Positions 28,028 through 38,899 of a DNA stretch of 64,000 nt are shown one piece after another. Source of the DNA: Gammaproteobacteria bacterium. Its GTDB lineage: Bacteria; Pseudomonadota; Gammaproteobacteria; SURF-13. The stretch covers positions 3,907-67,906 of the forward strand of contig JAURVQ010000083.1 in NCBI GenBank assembly GCA_030655395.1. The letters run 5' to 3'. Every line of letters begins with the position of its first letter. The stretch's first letter is position 1. The notes beneath the pieces are model-generated. The model was not told the origin of the DNA, made no database searches, and was given only the letters and a program-made list of their open reading frames with translations. The position numbers and the translations under genes were made by a program.

Positions 28028-28351
28028 ATGAAAAATCATCGACTGTATCCGCGTCACACCACGCCTGCGGGCGCGGTGGTGCGGGTGGGTGACAGATATA
28101 TCAATGCCCAGGGCATCGAACTCAAGGTGGCGCGGATATTTTCGTTACCCGCCGACGCTGACGTGTGGGTGGAGTTTCAGCCGCGGGAGACCGTTTTCGC
28201 CGGCAAGTGCTGGCAGGGCGAGCTGGTGATGCACTGTGCCGATGCGGACACGCGCATCCGCTCGGGCGAGGGCAGTGCCCGGCCGTGTGTGTATATCGAA
28301 GACCTGGATCACATACGCCGTGCCGATGAGCTGATCGTCGCGGCGGCCTGA
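28028..28351 (+). CDS. Hypothetical protein, 107 aa
   Basis: ORF only. Confidence 0.35.
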   Translation: MKNHRLYPRHTTPAGAVVRVGDRYINAQGIELKVARIFSLPADADVWVEFQPRETVFAGKCWQGELVMHCADADTRIRSGEGSARPCVYIEDLDHIRRADELIVAAA

Positions 28352-28453
28352 CGGCGCGCGCGGGTTGCGCGCGGCCGGTACCCCTGTGGTATGCTTTAAG
28401 CGCCTGTCTTTGTACGCACAGGCCTTTGGGTGGATGGGGGGTGTTGGCAGCAC

Positions 28454-30232
28454 ATGCGCGACGAACAGGCCCTGCATGACATTCTGGCGCACAACCAGCT
28501 CGTCCCCCTTTTTCAACCCATCCTTTCGTTTGCTGAAAATCGTATCTACGGTTACGAGGCATTGATCCGCGGCCCGGCGCAGAGCCCCCTGCATACGCCG
28601 GCCATGCTGTTCGATGACGCTGCGCGCGGTGCGCGGCTCGCGGAAGTGGATCTGCGCTGCCGCCGGGTGTGTCTCGAGGCCTGGCAGCGCCTGCATCTCT
28701 CAGGCAAGCTGTTCCTCAACATCAGTCCGGCGAGCATGGTGCAGCCCGGTTTCCGGAGCGGCGAGATGCTGGAAATGATGAACGCCGCCGGGGTGGCGCC
28801 GGGGCAGGTGGTGATGGAGCTCACCGAACACGCGCCGACCAGTGATTACGCCATGCTGCGCGAGGCGGCGGCGCTCTACAAATCCATGGGTTTCGAGATT
28901 GCCATTGATGATCTGGGGGCGGGCTATTCCAGCCTGCGCCTGTGGTCCGAACTGCGCCCGGATTATGTGAAGATCGACATGCACTTCGTGCAGGGCATTC
29001 ATCAAGACCGCAACAAACGCCAGTTCGTGCAATCAATCATGGAGATCGCCTACGGCCTCAACTGCAAGGTCATCGCCGAGGGCGTGGAGCGCAAGGAGGA
29101 ATATCAGGTCCTGCATGGCATGGGCATCACGCTGGCGCAGGGGTACTATTTTGCCAGGCCCGAAGCCCTGCCGCCCGCCACACTCTCCACGCACAGTTTC
29201 TCCCCCGGAGCTTACACGGGCAGCGGCTATATGGCGGGATTGAACCGCTCCGCGACCGCCGCCGCGCTCATCAGCACGCGGCCCACCGTGGGTCCCGATA
29301 CGGCCGTGGAGGAGGCCGGTGAGCTGTTTCATAACACGCCGAATCTCACCGCGCTGCCCGTGGTCAAGGACGACGTGCCGCTCGGACTGGTGCGGCGCAC
29401 CCAACTGATGAATGTGCTCGCCAGCCGTTATGGCCGCGACCTGCACGGCAAGAAGCCTGTGTCACAGTTCATGGAGCGCAGGCCGCTCATCGTCGATAAA
29501 AACCTGCCGCTGGAGAAGCTGAGCAAACTCGTCACCAGCGAGGATGATCTTTATCTCAGCGATGAATTCATCATCACCGCCAAGGGGCGTTACCTCGGCA
29601 TGGGCACCATCGTGCAGTTACTGCGCAAGATCACCGATCTGCAGGTACGCAACGCGCGCTACTCCAACCCGCTCACGCTGCTGCCCGGCAGCGTGCCGAT
29701 CAACGAGCGTCTCGACGGCCTGATCGCCAAACGCTGGGGCTTTGTCATGTGCTACTGCGATCTCGACAACTTCAAGCCGTTCAATGACACCTACGGCTAC
29801 AGCCGCGGTGACGAGGCCATCAAGTTGCTCGCCCGCATCCTGATCGACTCGGCACATAAACGCCACGACTTTGTCGGCCATGTGGGCGGCGACGATTTTA
29901 TCATCGTCTTTCTGAGCCAGAACTGGCAGCAGCGTTGCCAGGGTATTCTGGATCGCTTCGCGCGCGAGGTGCTGGAGCTGTACCCGGAGGAGCACCGCGC
30001 CTCCGCCGGCATCTGGGCCAAGGATCGGCGCGGTAATGAGACGTTTTACCCGATCATGAGCGTGTCGCTCGCCGCGGTGGAGGCGCCGCAGGGGCGCTTC
30101 GCCTCGCATCACGAGATCGCGGCGCGGGTGAGTGAGGTCAAGGAACAGGCGAAAAGCATCGCAGGCAACAGCCTGTTCATCGACCGCCGCCACGCCGACA
30201 GCGATGCCGGACAATTGTCGTTGATTGATTAG
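28454..30232 (+). CDS. EAL - CBS pair - GGDEF signalling protein; EAL motifs intact (EAL, DDLGAGYSSL, KIDMHF, EGVE); GGDEF motif is GGDDF (probably degenerate)
   Basis: ORF 28430(GTG)..30232; ATG at 28454. Confidence 0.85.
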   Translation: MRDEQALHDILAHNQLVPLFQPILSFAENRIYGYEALIRGPAQSPLHTPAMLFDDAARGARLAEVDLRCRRVCLEAWQRLHLSGKLFLNISPASMVQPGFRSGEMLEMMNAAGVAPGQVVMELTEHAPTSDYAMLREAAALYKSMGFEIAIDDLGAGYSSLRLWSELRPDYVKIDMHFVQGIHQDRNKRQFVQSIMEIAYGLNCKVIAEGVERKEEYQVLHGMGITLAQGYYFARPEALPPATLSTHSFSPGAYTGSGYMAGLNRSATAAALISTRPTVGPDTAVEEAGELFHNTPNLTALPVVKDDVPLGLVRRTQLMNVLASRYGRDLHGKKPVSQFMERRPLIVDKNLPLEKLSKLVTSEDDLYLSDEFIITAKGRYLGMGTIVQLLRKITDLQVRNARYSNPLTLLPGSVPINERLDGLIAKRWGFVMCYCDLDNFKPFNDTYGYSRGDEAIKLLARILIDSAHKRHDFVGHVGGDDFIIVFLSQNWQQRCQGILDRFAREVLELYPEEHRASAGIWAKDRRGNETFYPIMSVSLAAVEAPQGRFASHHEIAARVSEVKEQAKSIAGNSLFIDRRHADSDAGQLSLID

Positions 30233-30301
30233 CACGCTGTAACACAACCGTCATCATTCCGCAGTGTAATGGCGCGTGCTTAAAGCCGGAGTAAATATGG
30301 A

Positions 30302-31006
30302 ATGACCAACCGCATACTGGTAGTGGAAGACGAAGCCGCGATCAGCGAGATGGTCGGGCTTGCGCTCGCGCGCGCGGGTTATGAGTACGACATTGCGCAC
30401 GACGCCGAACAGGCGCTCGCCCTGATTGCGCAGCAGCCGCCGTTGCTGATTGTGCTCGACTGGATGTTGCCGGGGTTGAGCGGCATAGACCTCGCGCGCC
30501 GCGTGAAGCGGGAAGAGCGTACGCGCGCAATACCGATCATCATGCTGACTGCGCGCGGTGAGGAGGCAGACAAGGTGAGGGGTCTTGAGGTCGGCGCCGA
30601 CGATTATCTCACCAAGCCGTTTTCACTGAGCGAACTGCTGGCGCGCATCAAGGCCGTGCTGCGCCGCACTGCGCCCCAGGCGACCGATGATGTGATCGAG
30701 GTGGAGGGGCTGCGCCTCGACCCGGTGAGTCATGTGGTGACCGGCCATGGTCGTGCGCTCGCGATGGGCCCCACCGAGTTCCGCCTGCTGCACTTTTTCA
30801 TGAGCCACGCCGGGCGCGTCTACAGCCGCAATCAATTGCTCGATCTGGTGTGGGGCAGCAACGTGTATGTCGGTGAGCGCACGGTGGATGTGCATATCCG
30901 GCGCCTGCGCAAGGTGCTGGAGCAGCACGGACATGACACGCTGATCCAGACCGTACGCGGCTCGGGTTATCGCTTCGCGCAGCCGCTGAAGGCTGTGGCG
31001 GGGTAA
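30302..31006 (+). CDS. OmpR/PhoB-family response regulator (orphan, no adjacent histidine kinase)
   Basis: ORF 234 aa; receiver D53-equivalent, winged-helix C-term. Confidence 0.8.
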   Translation: MTNRILVVEDEAAISEMVGLALARAGYEYDIAHDAEQALALIAQQPPLLIVLDWMLPGLSGIDLARRVKREERTRAIPIIMLTARGEEADKVRGLEVGADDYLTKPFSLSELLARIKAVLRRTAPQATDDVIEVEGLRLDPVSHVVTGHGRALAMGPTEFRLLHFFMSHAGRVYSRNQLLDLVWGSNVYVGERTVDVHIRRLRKVLEQHGHDTLIQTVRGSGYRFAQPLKAVAG

Positions 31007-31009
31007 CGC

Positions 31010-32830
31010 TTAGCCCGCCGCCGAGCGCGAGGTCTTCTTGCGTTCGTGTTCCAGCAGTTGGCGCTTGCGCAGACGGATGTAGTGCGGCGTGACCTCCACC
31101 AGTTCATCGTCGTCGATAAATTCCATCGCCTGCTCCAGCGACATGCGCACCGGCGGCACCAAGATCACGTTTTCATCCGAGCCCGAGGCGCGCATGTTGG
31201 TGAGCTGCTTGCCCTTCAGCGGGTTGACCACGAGATCGTTGTCGCGCGAGTGCAGCCCGATCACCATGCCTTCATACAACTCTTCGCCGGGGCCGATGAA
31301 CATGCGTCCGCGCTCTTGCAGGCTGAACAGCGCGAACGCCACGCTCTTGCCCGCGCCGTTGCAGATCAGCACGCCGTTGGTGCGGTTGCCGATGGTGCCT
31401 TTTTTCACCGGCGCATGATGGTCGTACACGCTGTACAGCAGGCCGGTGCCGGAGGTGAGGGTGAGGAAGTGGGTGCGGAAGCCGATCAATCCGCGTGTCG
31501 GGATCATGTATTCCAGGCGCACGCGCCCCTTGCCGTCGGGCTGCATGTTGGTGAGGTCGCCCTTGCGCAGGCCCATCTGTTCCATGATGCTGCCTTGATG
31601 CTTGTCTTCGACATCCAGCACCACGGCTTCGTAGGGTTCGCACAGCTCGCCGTTAATGACGCGGGTGATGACCTGCGGCCGGCCCAGCGCCAGCTCGTAG
31701 CCTTCACGGCGCATATTCTCGACCAGGATGCCGAGGTGCAACTCGCCGCGCCCGGAGACGCGGAATTTGTCCGGGTCAGGGGTGTCTTCCACCCGTAACG
31801 CCACGTTGTGGATCAGTTCGCGTTGCAGGCGCTCGCGAATCTGGCGGCTGGTGACGTACTTGCCGTCCTGGCCCGCCAGCGGTGAGGTGTTGACCTGAAA
31901 CATCATGCTCACCGTAGGCTCGTCGACCACGAGCGCGGGCAGGGCCTCCACCGCGGTGGGGTCGCACAGCGTATCGGAAATGCCCAGACCATCAATGCCG
32001 GTAAAGGCGATGATATCGCCGGCCTCGGCCTCCGGTATCTCGATGCGTTCCAGACCGAGCATGTTGAACAACTGCAAGATGCGCGCGTTGCGCTTCACGC
32101 CCTGCGGATTCACCACCACCACCGCCGAGTTGGCCTTGACGCGTCCGCGCGCAATGCGCCCGATGCCGATGACGCCGACGTAACTGGAATAGTCGAGCGA
32201 GCTTACCTGCATCTGGAACGGGCCGTCCGGGTTTACCTGCGGCGGCTTCACCTCATTTACTATGGTCTCGAACAACGGCGTCATGTCGCCGGAGCGCGCC
32301 TCGGCATCGAGGCTGGCATAGCCGTTCAGCGCCGAGGTGTACACCACGGGAAAGTCGAGCTGCTCCTCGGTCGCGCCGAGGCGGTCGAACAGGTCAAAGG
32401 TTTGGTCCAGCACCCAGTGTGCGCGCGCGCCGGGACGGTCGATCTTGTTGATGACGACGATGGGTTTCAGCCCCAGCGCAAAGGCCTTCTGCGCCACGAA
32501 GCGCGTCTGCGGCATGGGCCCGTCAACGGCGTCCACCAGCAGCAGCACGGCGTCCACCATGGAGAGCACGCGCTCCACCTCGCCGCCGAAATCGGCGTGG
32601 CCCGGTGTATCGACGATGTTGATGCGATAGTCGCGCCAGCGCAGCGCGGTGTTTTTGGCGAGGATGGTGATACCGCGCTCGCGCTCGATATCATTGGAGT
32701 CCATCACGCGCTCGGTGGTTGCCGCACGCGCGGCAAAGGTGCCGGACTGCTGCAAAAGCTTGTCGACCAGCGTGGTCTTGCCATGGTCAACGTGGGCGAT
32801 GATGGCGATGTTGCGTAATTTCTCTAGCAT
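31010..32830 (-). CDS. typA: Translational GTPase TypA/BipA
   Basis: ORF 606 aa AHVDHGKTT. Confidence 0.9.
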   Translation of the reverse strand: MLEKLRNIAIIAHVDHGKTTLVDKLLQQSGTFAARAATTERVMDSNDIERERGITILAKNTALRWRDYRINIVDTPGHADFGGEVERVLSMVDAVLLLVDAVDGPMPQTRFVAQKAFALGLKPIVVINKIDRPGARAHWVLDQTFDLFDRLGATEEQLDFPVVYTSALNGYASLDAEARSGDMTPLFETIVNEVKPPQVNPDGPFQMQVSSLDYSSYVGVIGIGRIARGRVKANSAVVVVNPQGVKRNARILQLFNMLGLERIEIPEAEAGDIIAFTGIDGLGISDTLCDPTAVEALPALVVDEPTVSMMFQVNTSPLAGQDGKYVTSRQIRERLQRELIHNVALRVEDTPDPDKFRVSGRGELHLGILVENMRREGYELALGRPQVITRVINGELCEPYEAVVLDVEDKHQGSIMEQMGLRKGDLTNMQPDGKGRVRLEYMIPTRGLIGFRTHFLTLTSGTGLLYSVYDHHAPVKKGTIGNRTNGVLICNGAGKSVAFALFSLQERGRMFIGPGEELYEGMVIGLHSRDNDLVVNPLKGKQLTNMRASGSDENVILVPPVRMSLEQAMEFIDDDELVEVTPHYIRLRKRQLLEHERKKTSRSAAG

Positions 32831-32914
32831 GATTTCTTTGGCACGATTAAAGGCCCGCGGGCAAATGACAACCGCCTATTCTACAACAAAACAGGGATTT
32901 CAGGCATAAAAAAT

Positions 32915-33090
32915 CGTGAAACGCGAGGGATGCCCGCCGGGGCGGGTTTTTAAGGGCGCGCGGCCCAAGGATGGGCCGCCATTTTCCAAACACGCCGTAT
33001 GTGTTTGGAAAATGTAGCAAAGCAAAAATCACACTTTTTGCTTTGCGGGTTGAAAAAGCCCATGGAGGGGCTTTTTCAACAACCTATCAA
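32915..33090. repeat. AT-rich multi-hairpin repeat arm A (ggcccaaggatgggcc, ccaaacac..gtgtttgg, caaagcaaaaa..tttttgctttg, gaaaaagccc..gggctttttc); inverted partner at 35188..35350
   Basis: Reverse complement of arm B aligns over ~130 bp at ~85% identity. Confidence 0.8.
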
Positions 33091-34031
33091 GTTGCGGCAG
33101 CGCTGGAGAGCGTGCAGCTTTGGCGCCGCAGCAGGTCGAAATCGTCTTGTTCCAGTATCTGGTCCAGGTGGTCGAGGTTGAGGCGGATGGCCTCGCCGTA
33201 GAGGTCCAGCCCATCGAAGTGCGCCTGGGCGAATTTCTCCACGCCGTGAAATTCCCTGTGCAGGCGATGCTGCGCCACCTTTTCATGGAATACCGGCGTT
33301 TTGCTGAGCAGGTCTTCGGGTGAGCTGTAGTTGACGTGTTCGCTGCCGTCGTCATGGCGTACGCGCGCGACGCCGCCCAGCACAAACTCGGGGTAGAGGT
33401 AATCGCGGCATTTTTCGAGGTACAGGCGATCCGACATCTGGCCCAGCAGGTCCGCGCTGCCCAGCATGAAGCCCAGCAGGCGGTCTTTCGGGTCGTCGAG
33501 CTGGATACGGCTGAGCGCGATTTCAAAGCCGGTGAAGTGCACGATCTGTCCGGCCACCGTCACGCTGTCCGGCGGGAGGCCGAGGCCCGGCAGATACTGT
33601 TCCATGAATTGCGCGCTACGCGAGACATGAGTCAGCGTGAACTCGGCGCCGTTTTTGTGCCCCGTGTCGCTCTTTTTGCGGATATAGCCGGCATCATGCA
33701 ACAGCGCCACAATGAGGCCGAGCAGCGCGCGCTCTTCTCCCAGCCTCTCGCTCTCGATGTGGTTGCGCTCGTAGCCGTCGATCAGGCGCGCCATGGCGAG
33801 GGTGACGTCCAGCGTGTGGCGCATGTCGTGGAAGCGCGTGTCGCAGGCGAGGTAACCGGGAAATTTGCCGCCGAACAGGCGCTTGAAGTCGGCGAATACC
33901 TGGTCCAGCAGGTTAATCGAGGCCGTCGGGTAGAGGCCGAGGTAGATGCGACACACGGCGGCGTTGACCGCGTCCACCGATTCTACATTGATCTTGTTGC
34001 TGACGTCGTTCTGGGTGAGACGGTAACGCAT
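33087..34031 (-). CDS. HD-domain metal-dependent phosphohydrolase-like protein
   Basis: ORF 33087..34106 trimmed to MRYRL; HD..LLHDAGY motif. Confidence 0.55.
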   Translation of the reverse strand: MRYRLTQNDVSNKINVESVDAVNAAVCRIYLGLYPTASINLLDQVFADFKRLFGGKFPGYLACDTRFHDMRHTLDVTLAMARLIDGYERNHIESERLGEERALLGLIVALLHDAGYIRKKSDTGHKNGAEFTLTHVSRSAQFMEQYLPGLGLPPDSVTVAGQIVHFTGFEIALSRIQLDDPKDRLLGFMLGSADLLGQMSDRLYLEKCRDYLYPEFVLGGVARVRHDDGSEHVNYSSPEDLLSKTPVFHEKVAQHRLHREFHGVEKFAQAHFDGLDLYGEAIRLNLDHLDQILEQDDFDLLRRQSCTLSSAAAT

Positions 34032-34134
34032 GCGGCACCTCGATATCCCGGCGGCTTGGGACAGTGTAATGCCCGCGCCGGGGGTGGGCAAGGCGTCCGG
34101 GGTCACCGAAGATAAGCTGCTGATTTTGCTCGCA

Positions 34135-35169
34135 TCAGGCCAGACCCACCCCCAGCAACGTGCCGATCAGATAGGCCATCACGCCCGCCCCGCCGCCGAT
34201 CAGCGCCAGGCGCAGGCCGCCCCACAGCGCCTGCTTGCCGGTGAACAGGCTGAGCACCGCGCCGACCAAAAACAGACACACGACTGCGGCCCCGGCGCTG
34301 ATATAGACGGCATTCGGCCCCGCAAACCACAGTGGCACCAGCGGCACCAGCGCACCCAGCGCGAAGGCAAGAAACGACCAGGTGGCCGCGCCCCACGGCG
34401 AGCCGAGTTCGTCCGGGTTGAGGCCCAGCTCCTCGCGCGCCAGTGCATCGAGCGCGTGCTCGGGGTTCTGCAACAAACTCTGCGCGGTGGCGCGCGCCTG
34501 CGCCAGCGGCACGCCGCGCGCCTGGTAGATAAGGGCGAGCTCCTCGGCCTCCTCTTCCGGGTACTCGTCCAGTTCCTCGCGTTCCAGCCCGATCTGGTAT
34601 TGGTACATCTCGCGCTGCGAGCGCATGGAGACGTACTCGCCCGCCGCCATGGAGAGTGCGCCGGCCAGCAGCCCCGCCGCGCCCGTGAGCAGCAGCACCT
34701 TGAGGTCGGCCACGGCGCCCGCCATGCCCATGATGAGGCTGGTGTTGGAGACCAGGCCGTCGCTGACGCCGAACACCGCCGCGCGCAGATTGCCGCCGCT
34801 CGTCGCGCCCCGGTGCCGTTGCCCGAAATCCTGCACCGAGGCGGGCATGGCATGGCCGCCGCGCGCGGACGCGCTGTAGACGGAGAGGCCGCGCACCTTG
34901 ATCGCGGCGAGCACCGGACGCAGCGCGCGCGGGCCGAAAGTGCGGATGAGCCGCGCCACCAGGCGTGCGCGCAACGGCGGGTGAAACGCGGCCGGCACGG
35001 CAGCGCCTTGTGCGCGCGCCTGCTGCACCCAGATGCCGGCCTGGGACTCTGCGGCCTCGCCCAAGCGCAGGAACAGCGTGCCCTTGACGGGATCGGACTC
35101 TACCTCCGCCAGCACGCGGTAGAGATACGCCGACTGCATCTCTTCGGCCCAGTTTTCAGTCGCTGACAT
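34135..35169 (-). CDS. MbfA-like protein: N-terminal rubrerythrin/ferritin-like domain fused to VIT1/CCC1 iron-transporter membrane domain
   Basis: ORF 34135..35235 trimmed to MSATENWAEEMQSAYLYR. Confidence 0.65.
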   Translation of the reverse strand: MSATENWAEEMQSAYLYRVLAEVESDPVKGTLFLRLGEAAESQAGIWVQQARAQGAAVPAAFHPPLRARLVARLIRTFGPRALRPVLAAIKVRGLSVYSASARGGHAMPASVQDFGQRHRGATSGGNLRAAVFGVSDGLVSNTSLIMGMAGAVADLKVLLLTGAAGLLAGALSMAAGEYVSMRSQREMYQYQIGLEREELDEYPEEEAEELALIYQARGVPLAQARATAQSLLQNPEHALDALAREELGLNPDELGSPWGAATWSFLAFALGALVPLVPLWFAGPNAVYISAGAAVVCLFLVGAVLSLFTGKQALWGGLRLALIGGGAGVMAYLIGTLLGVGLA

Positions 35170-35187
35170 GATCGTCTCCCGCTGTGC

Positions 35188-35350
35188 CCAATAGGTTGTT
35201 GAAAAATCCCATCCATGGGCTTTTTTAACAAGCAAAGCGAAAAGTGTGATTTTCGCTTTGCTTCATTTTTCAAACACATACACCGTGTTTGAAAAATGGC
35301 GGCACATCCTTGTGCCGCACGCAGTTTGTTTTTCAACAAACTGCTAATTT
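35188..35350. repeat. AT-rich multi-hairpin repeat arm B (inverted copy of 32915..33090)
   Basis: Direct comparison. Confidence 0.8.
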
Positions 35351-35389
35351 GCCGCTTATGCAGCCGCTAGGCTAACATGTCTCCAGTTT

Positions 35390-35641
35390 TTGCAGGATGC
35401 CGTCATGCCCAAAAAACCCTCGCTCGATTTTGAACGCACGCTCACTGAGCTGGAAGCGCTGGTCGAGCGCATGGAAAAAGGCGAGATCACGCTCGAGGCC
35501 TCGCTCAGTGATTTTGAGCGCGGCATACAGCTCATACGCCTGTGCCAGAAATCGCTCGCCGAGGCGGAGCAGAAGGTGCAGATATTGATGGAGAAGGACG
35601 GCGCGGCCCAAGCGGAACCGTTCGAGAGCGATGACGAATAG
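35390..35641 (+). CDS. xseB: Exodeoxyribonuclease VII small subunit
   Basis: ORF 83 aa. Confidence 0.85.
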   Translation: MQDAVMPKKPSLDFERTLTELEALVERMEKGEITLEASLSDFERGIQLIRLCQKSLAEAEQKVQILMEKDGAAQAEPFESDDE

Positions 35642-35649
35642 CGGTTGCC

Positions 35650-36540
35650 GTGCCGGTGCCTGAGTGGATGGAGCATTACCGCGCGTGCGCCGACGCTGCA
35701 CTCGATCGCTGTCTCCCGCCCGCCACCGCGCTGCCGGTGCAACTGCATCAGGCCATGCGTTATGCCGTGCTCAGCGGCGGCAAACGCATCCGTCCGGTGC
35801 TGGTGTACGCCACCGGCGCGGCGCTCGGCACGCCGCCGGCGCAACTCGACGCTCCGGCGTGCGCGGTGGAGCTGATCCACGCCTATTCGCTGGTGCATGA
35901 CGACCTGCCCGCGATGGACAACGACGACCTGCGCCGCGGCCAGCCCACCTGTCACAAGGCCTGCGGCGAGGCCACGGCGATCCTCGCGGGCGACGCCCTG
36001 CAGGCGCTGGCGTTTCAGTTGCTGACGCAGGATGCCGCGCTCGACGTCACGCCGGTGCTGCGTCTGCGCATGATTGAAATCCTGGCCGAGGCGAGCGGCT
36101 CGCGCGGCATGGCGGGTGGGCAGGCGCTGGACCTCGCCGCCGTCGGGTCGCAGCTTACGCTGGCGGAGCTCGAATACATGCACATCCACAAGACCGGCGC
36201 GCTGATCCGTGCCGCCGTCAGGCTGGGCGCGTTGGGTGCGGTGCAGGAGAGCGATCCGCTGTTCGCACAACTCGACCGTTACGCCAAGTGTATTGGCCTC
36301 GCGTTCCAGATTCACGATGACGTGCTCGACGAGGAAGGCAGCACCGCCACGCTGGGCAAGGTGCAGGGCGCGGATCGCAGGCGCCACAAGCCCACCTATC
36401 CCGCGCTGCTCGGCTTGAGCCAGTCCAGGCAGATGGCGCGCGATTTGTGCGACGAGGCGGTGACGAGCTTGAACAGTCTCGATAGCCGCGCCGAGCCGCT
36501 GCGCAATCTGGCGCGCTACATCGTGGAGCGGTCTAATTAG
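35650..36540 (+). CDS. ispA: Farnesyl-diphosphate synthase (DDLPAMDNDDLRRG, second DD motif)
   Basis: ORF 296 aa. Confidence 0.9.
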   Translation: MPVPEWMEHYRACADAALDRCLPPATALPVQLHQAMRYAVLSGGKRIRPVLVYATGAALGTPPAQLDAPACAVELIHAYSLVHDDLPAMDNDDLRRGQPTCHKACGEATAILAGDALQALAFQLLTQDAALDVTPVLRLRMIEILAEASGSRGMAGGQALDLAAVGSQLTLAELEYMHIHKTGALIRAAVRLGALGAVQESDPLFAQLDRYAKCIGLAFQIHDDVLDEEGSTATLGKVQGADRRRHKPTYPALLGLSQSRQMARDLCDEAVTSLNSLDSRAEPLRNLARYIVERSN

Positions 36541-36623
36541 GTTTGAGTTGATCCTCATTAAACTTGCAACGCACACTATCCGCCGTCATCATTAGCACAT
36601 ACCGCTACACCCACGCTGGCCTT

Positions 36624-38507
36624 ATGTCTTATCCCCTACTTGATCGCATCCACAACCCCGAGCAGTTGCGTACGCTCGACGAAGCCGAGCTTGCGCCGCT
36701 CGCCGCGGAGCTGCGCGCGTTCCTGATCGAATCCGTCGGGCGCACCGGCGGGCATCTCGCCGCCGGGCTCGGCACGGTCGAGCTGTCGATTGCGCTGCAT
36801 TACGTATTCAACACACCCGACGACCGTCTGGTGTGGGACACCGGGCACCAGAGCTACCCGCACAAAATTCTCACCGGCCGGCGCGAGGCCATGCGCAGCT
36901 TGCGGAAAAAAGGTGGCCTCGCCGGTTTCCCCAAGCGCGACGAAAGTCCCTACGACACCTTCGGCGTCGGCCACGCCGGCACCGCGGTGAGCGCCGCGCT
37001 CGGCATGGCGCTCGCTGCCAGTGCGCGCGGCGATGCGCGCAAGACCGTGGCGGTGCTCGGCGACGGCGCACTCACCGCGGGCATGGCGTTCGAGGCGCTG
37101 AATCATGCGGGCGATCTCGACGCCGATCTGCTGGTGATTCTGAACGACAACGACATGTCGATCTCGCCCAACGTGGGCGGCATGTCGAATTACCTCGCGC
37201 GCGTGTTGTCCGGCAAGGTGTATTCCACCATGCGCGAGCGCAGTAAAAAGATACTGGGTGTGATGCCGCCGGTGTGGGAACTCGCGCGCCGCACGGAAGA
37301 GCACATGAAAGGCATGGTGATCCCCGGCGGCACGCTGTTTGAAGAGCTGGGCTTCAACTACATCGGCCCCATCGACGGCCACGACCTGCCCACGCTGCTC
37401 AAGACGCTGCGCAATCTGCGTGCGCTCAAGGGGCCGCAGTTTCTGCACGTGGTCACGCAAAAAGGCAAAGGCTACACGCCTGCGGAGAACGATCCCTGCG
37501 GTTATCACGGCGTGGCGGCGTTTGACCCCGAAAGCGGTGAGCCGCTTGCCAAAGGCGGTGGCACGCCGAGTTACACGCACATCTTCGGCGACTGGCTGTG
37601 CGAGATGGCGGCGCGCGACGAGCGCCTCGTCGCCATCACCCCGGCGATGCGCGAAGGGTCGGGTCTTACGAAATTTTCCGAACGCTATCCCGCACGCTAT
37701 TTCGATGTCGGCATCGCGGAGCAGCACGCCGTTACCCTCGCCGCGGGCCTCGCGTGCGAAGGCTTGAAGCCGGTGGTGGCGATCTACTCCACGTTTTTAC
37801 AGCGCGCGTACGACCAGCTCATCCACGATGTCGCGCTGCAAAATCTGCCGGTGCTGTTCGCCGTTGATCGCGCCGGTATCGTCGGCCCCGACGGCCCCAC
37901 GCATGCGGGCAGTTTCGATTTGAGCTTTATGCGTTGCATCCCGAACATGGTCATCATGGCGCCGACGGACGAAAACGAATGCCGCGACATGCTGACCACC
38001 GGCTTTTTGCACCACGGCCCCGCGGCGGTGCGTTACCCGCGCGGCGGCGGTCCGGGTGTCGCGCTGCAAACCAGCTTCACTGCGCTGCCCCTCGGCAAGG
38101 CGAAGCTGTGCCGCCCCGGCAAGCAAACCGCGCTGCTGGTCTTCGGCGCATTGCTGGAGCCCGCACTGGCGGCGGCACACGAAATCAACGCCACAGTGGT
38201 CAACATGCGCTTCATCAAGCCGCTCGATGAAGCCATGGTGCGACAGCTCGCCGCTCAGCATGAACTGCTGATCACGCTCGAGGACAATGCCGTGCAGGGT
38301 GGCGCGGGCAGTGCGGTGAACGAATGCCTCGCCGCGCAGGGGTTGGCCGCACCCATCATCAATCTGGGACTGCCGGACGAATTTCTCGATCAGGGTACGC
38401 GCGCCGAACTGCTCGCCGCATGCGGGCTCGACGCCGCAGGCATTCTGCGCGCCGTGCGTGGCCACTTTGAAACACAGCGCCAAGTGGTACCGATTAAAGT
38501 AAAATAG
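36624..38507 (+). CDS. dxs: 1-deoxy-D-xylulose-5-phosphate synthase
   Basis: ORF 36564..38507 trimmed to [13 protein letters not shown]. Confidence 0.9.
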   Translation: MSYPLLDRIHNPEQLRTLDEAELAPLAAELRAFLIESVGRTGGHLAAGLGTVELSIALHYVFNTPDDRLVWDTGHQSYPHKILTGRREAMRSLRKKGGLAGFPKRDESPYDTFGVGHAGTAVSAALGMALAASARGDARKTVAVLGDGALTAGMAFEALNHAGDLDADLLVILNDNDMSISPNVGGMSNYLARVLSGKVYSTMRERSKKILGVMPPVWELARRTEEHMKGMVIPGGTLFEELGFNYIGPIDGHDLPTLLKTLRNLRALKGPQFLHVVTQKGKGYTPAENDPCGYHGVAAFDPESGEPLAKGGGTPSYTHIFGDWLCEMAARDERLVAITPAMREGSGLTKFSERYPARYFDVGIAEQHAVTLAAGLACEGLKPVVAIYSTFLQRAYDQLIHDVALQNLPVLFAVDRAGIVGPDGPTHAGSFDLSFMRCIPNMVIMAPTDENECRDMLTTGFLHHGPAAVRYPRGGGPGVALQTSFTALPLGKAKLCRPGKQTALLVFGALLEPALAAAHEINATVVNMRFIKPLDEAMVRQLAAQHELLITLEDNAVQGGAGSAVNECLAAQGLAAPIINLGLPDEFLDQGTRAELLAACGLDAAGILRAVRGHFETQRQVVPIKVK

Positions 38508-38511
38508 CGCT

Positions 38512-38895
38512 GTGACCGCTCAATACACCCTCAAGATACTCACCGACTTCGCCTCGGCGCACACCCTGCGCGACTACCCCGGTGACTGCCGCCGCATGCA
38601 CGGCCACAACTGGAAGCTGGAAGTGGAGGTGGTGACTGATCGTCTGGACGATACCGGCATGGGCGTGGATTTCCGCGTCATCAAAAACGCCGCACGCGAC
38701 CTCGCCAAAACCCTCGATCATTATTATCTCAACGACATCCCACCGTTCGACAAGGTGAACCCGACGGCAGAAAACATCGCCGCCTATTTTTTTCGCGGGT
38801 TATCGCAAACCCTGAACCAGCCGCATCTGCGCGTCAGCGCAGTTACACTGTGGGAAACCGACCGCGCCTGTGTGAGATATACCGAGCAGGTATAG
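38512..38895 (+). CDS. queD: 6-carboxy-5,6,7,8-tetrahydropterin synthase (GTG start)
   Basis: ORF 127 aa, CxxxHGH motif. Confidence 0.7.
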   Translation: MTAQYTLKILTDFASAHTLRDYPGDCRRMHGHNWKLEVEVVTDRLDDTGMGVDFRVIKNAARDLAKTLDHYYLNDIPPFDKVNPTAENIAAYFFRGLSQTLNQPHLRVSAVTLWETDRACVRYTEQV

Positions 38896-38899
38896 CGGG

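Noticed and set aside
25282-28430. Possible genomic islet downstream of tRNA-Gly (sterol desaturase, sixA, porin, orphan ORF)
   Set aside because: No integrase, no direct repeat of the tRNA 3' end, and composition matches the flanks. Probably ordinary chromosome.
32915-32940. gcccgccggggcgggttttt hairpin read as a terminator for typA
   Set aside because: The T-tract is on the plus strand whereas typA is on the minus strand. More likely part of the AT-rich repeat arm A.
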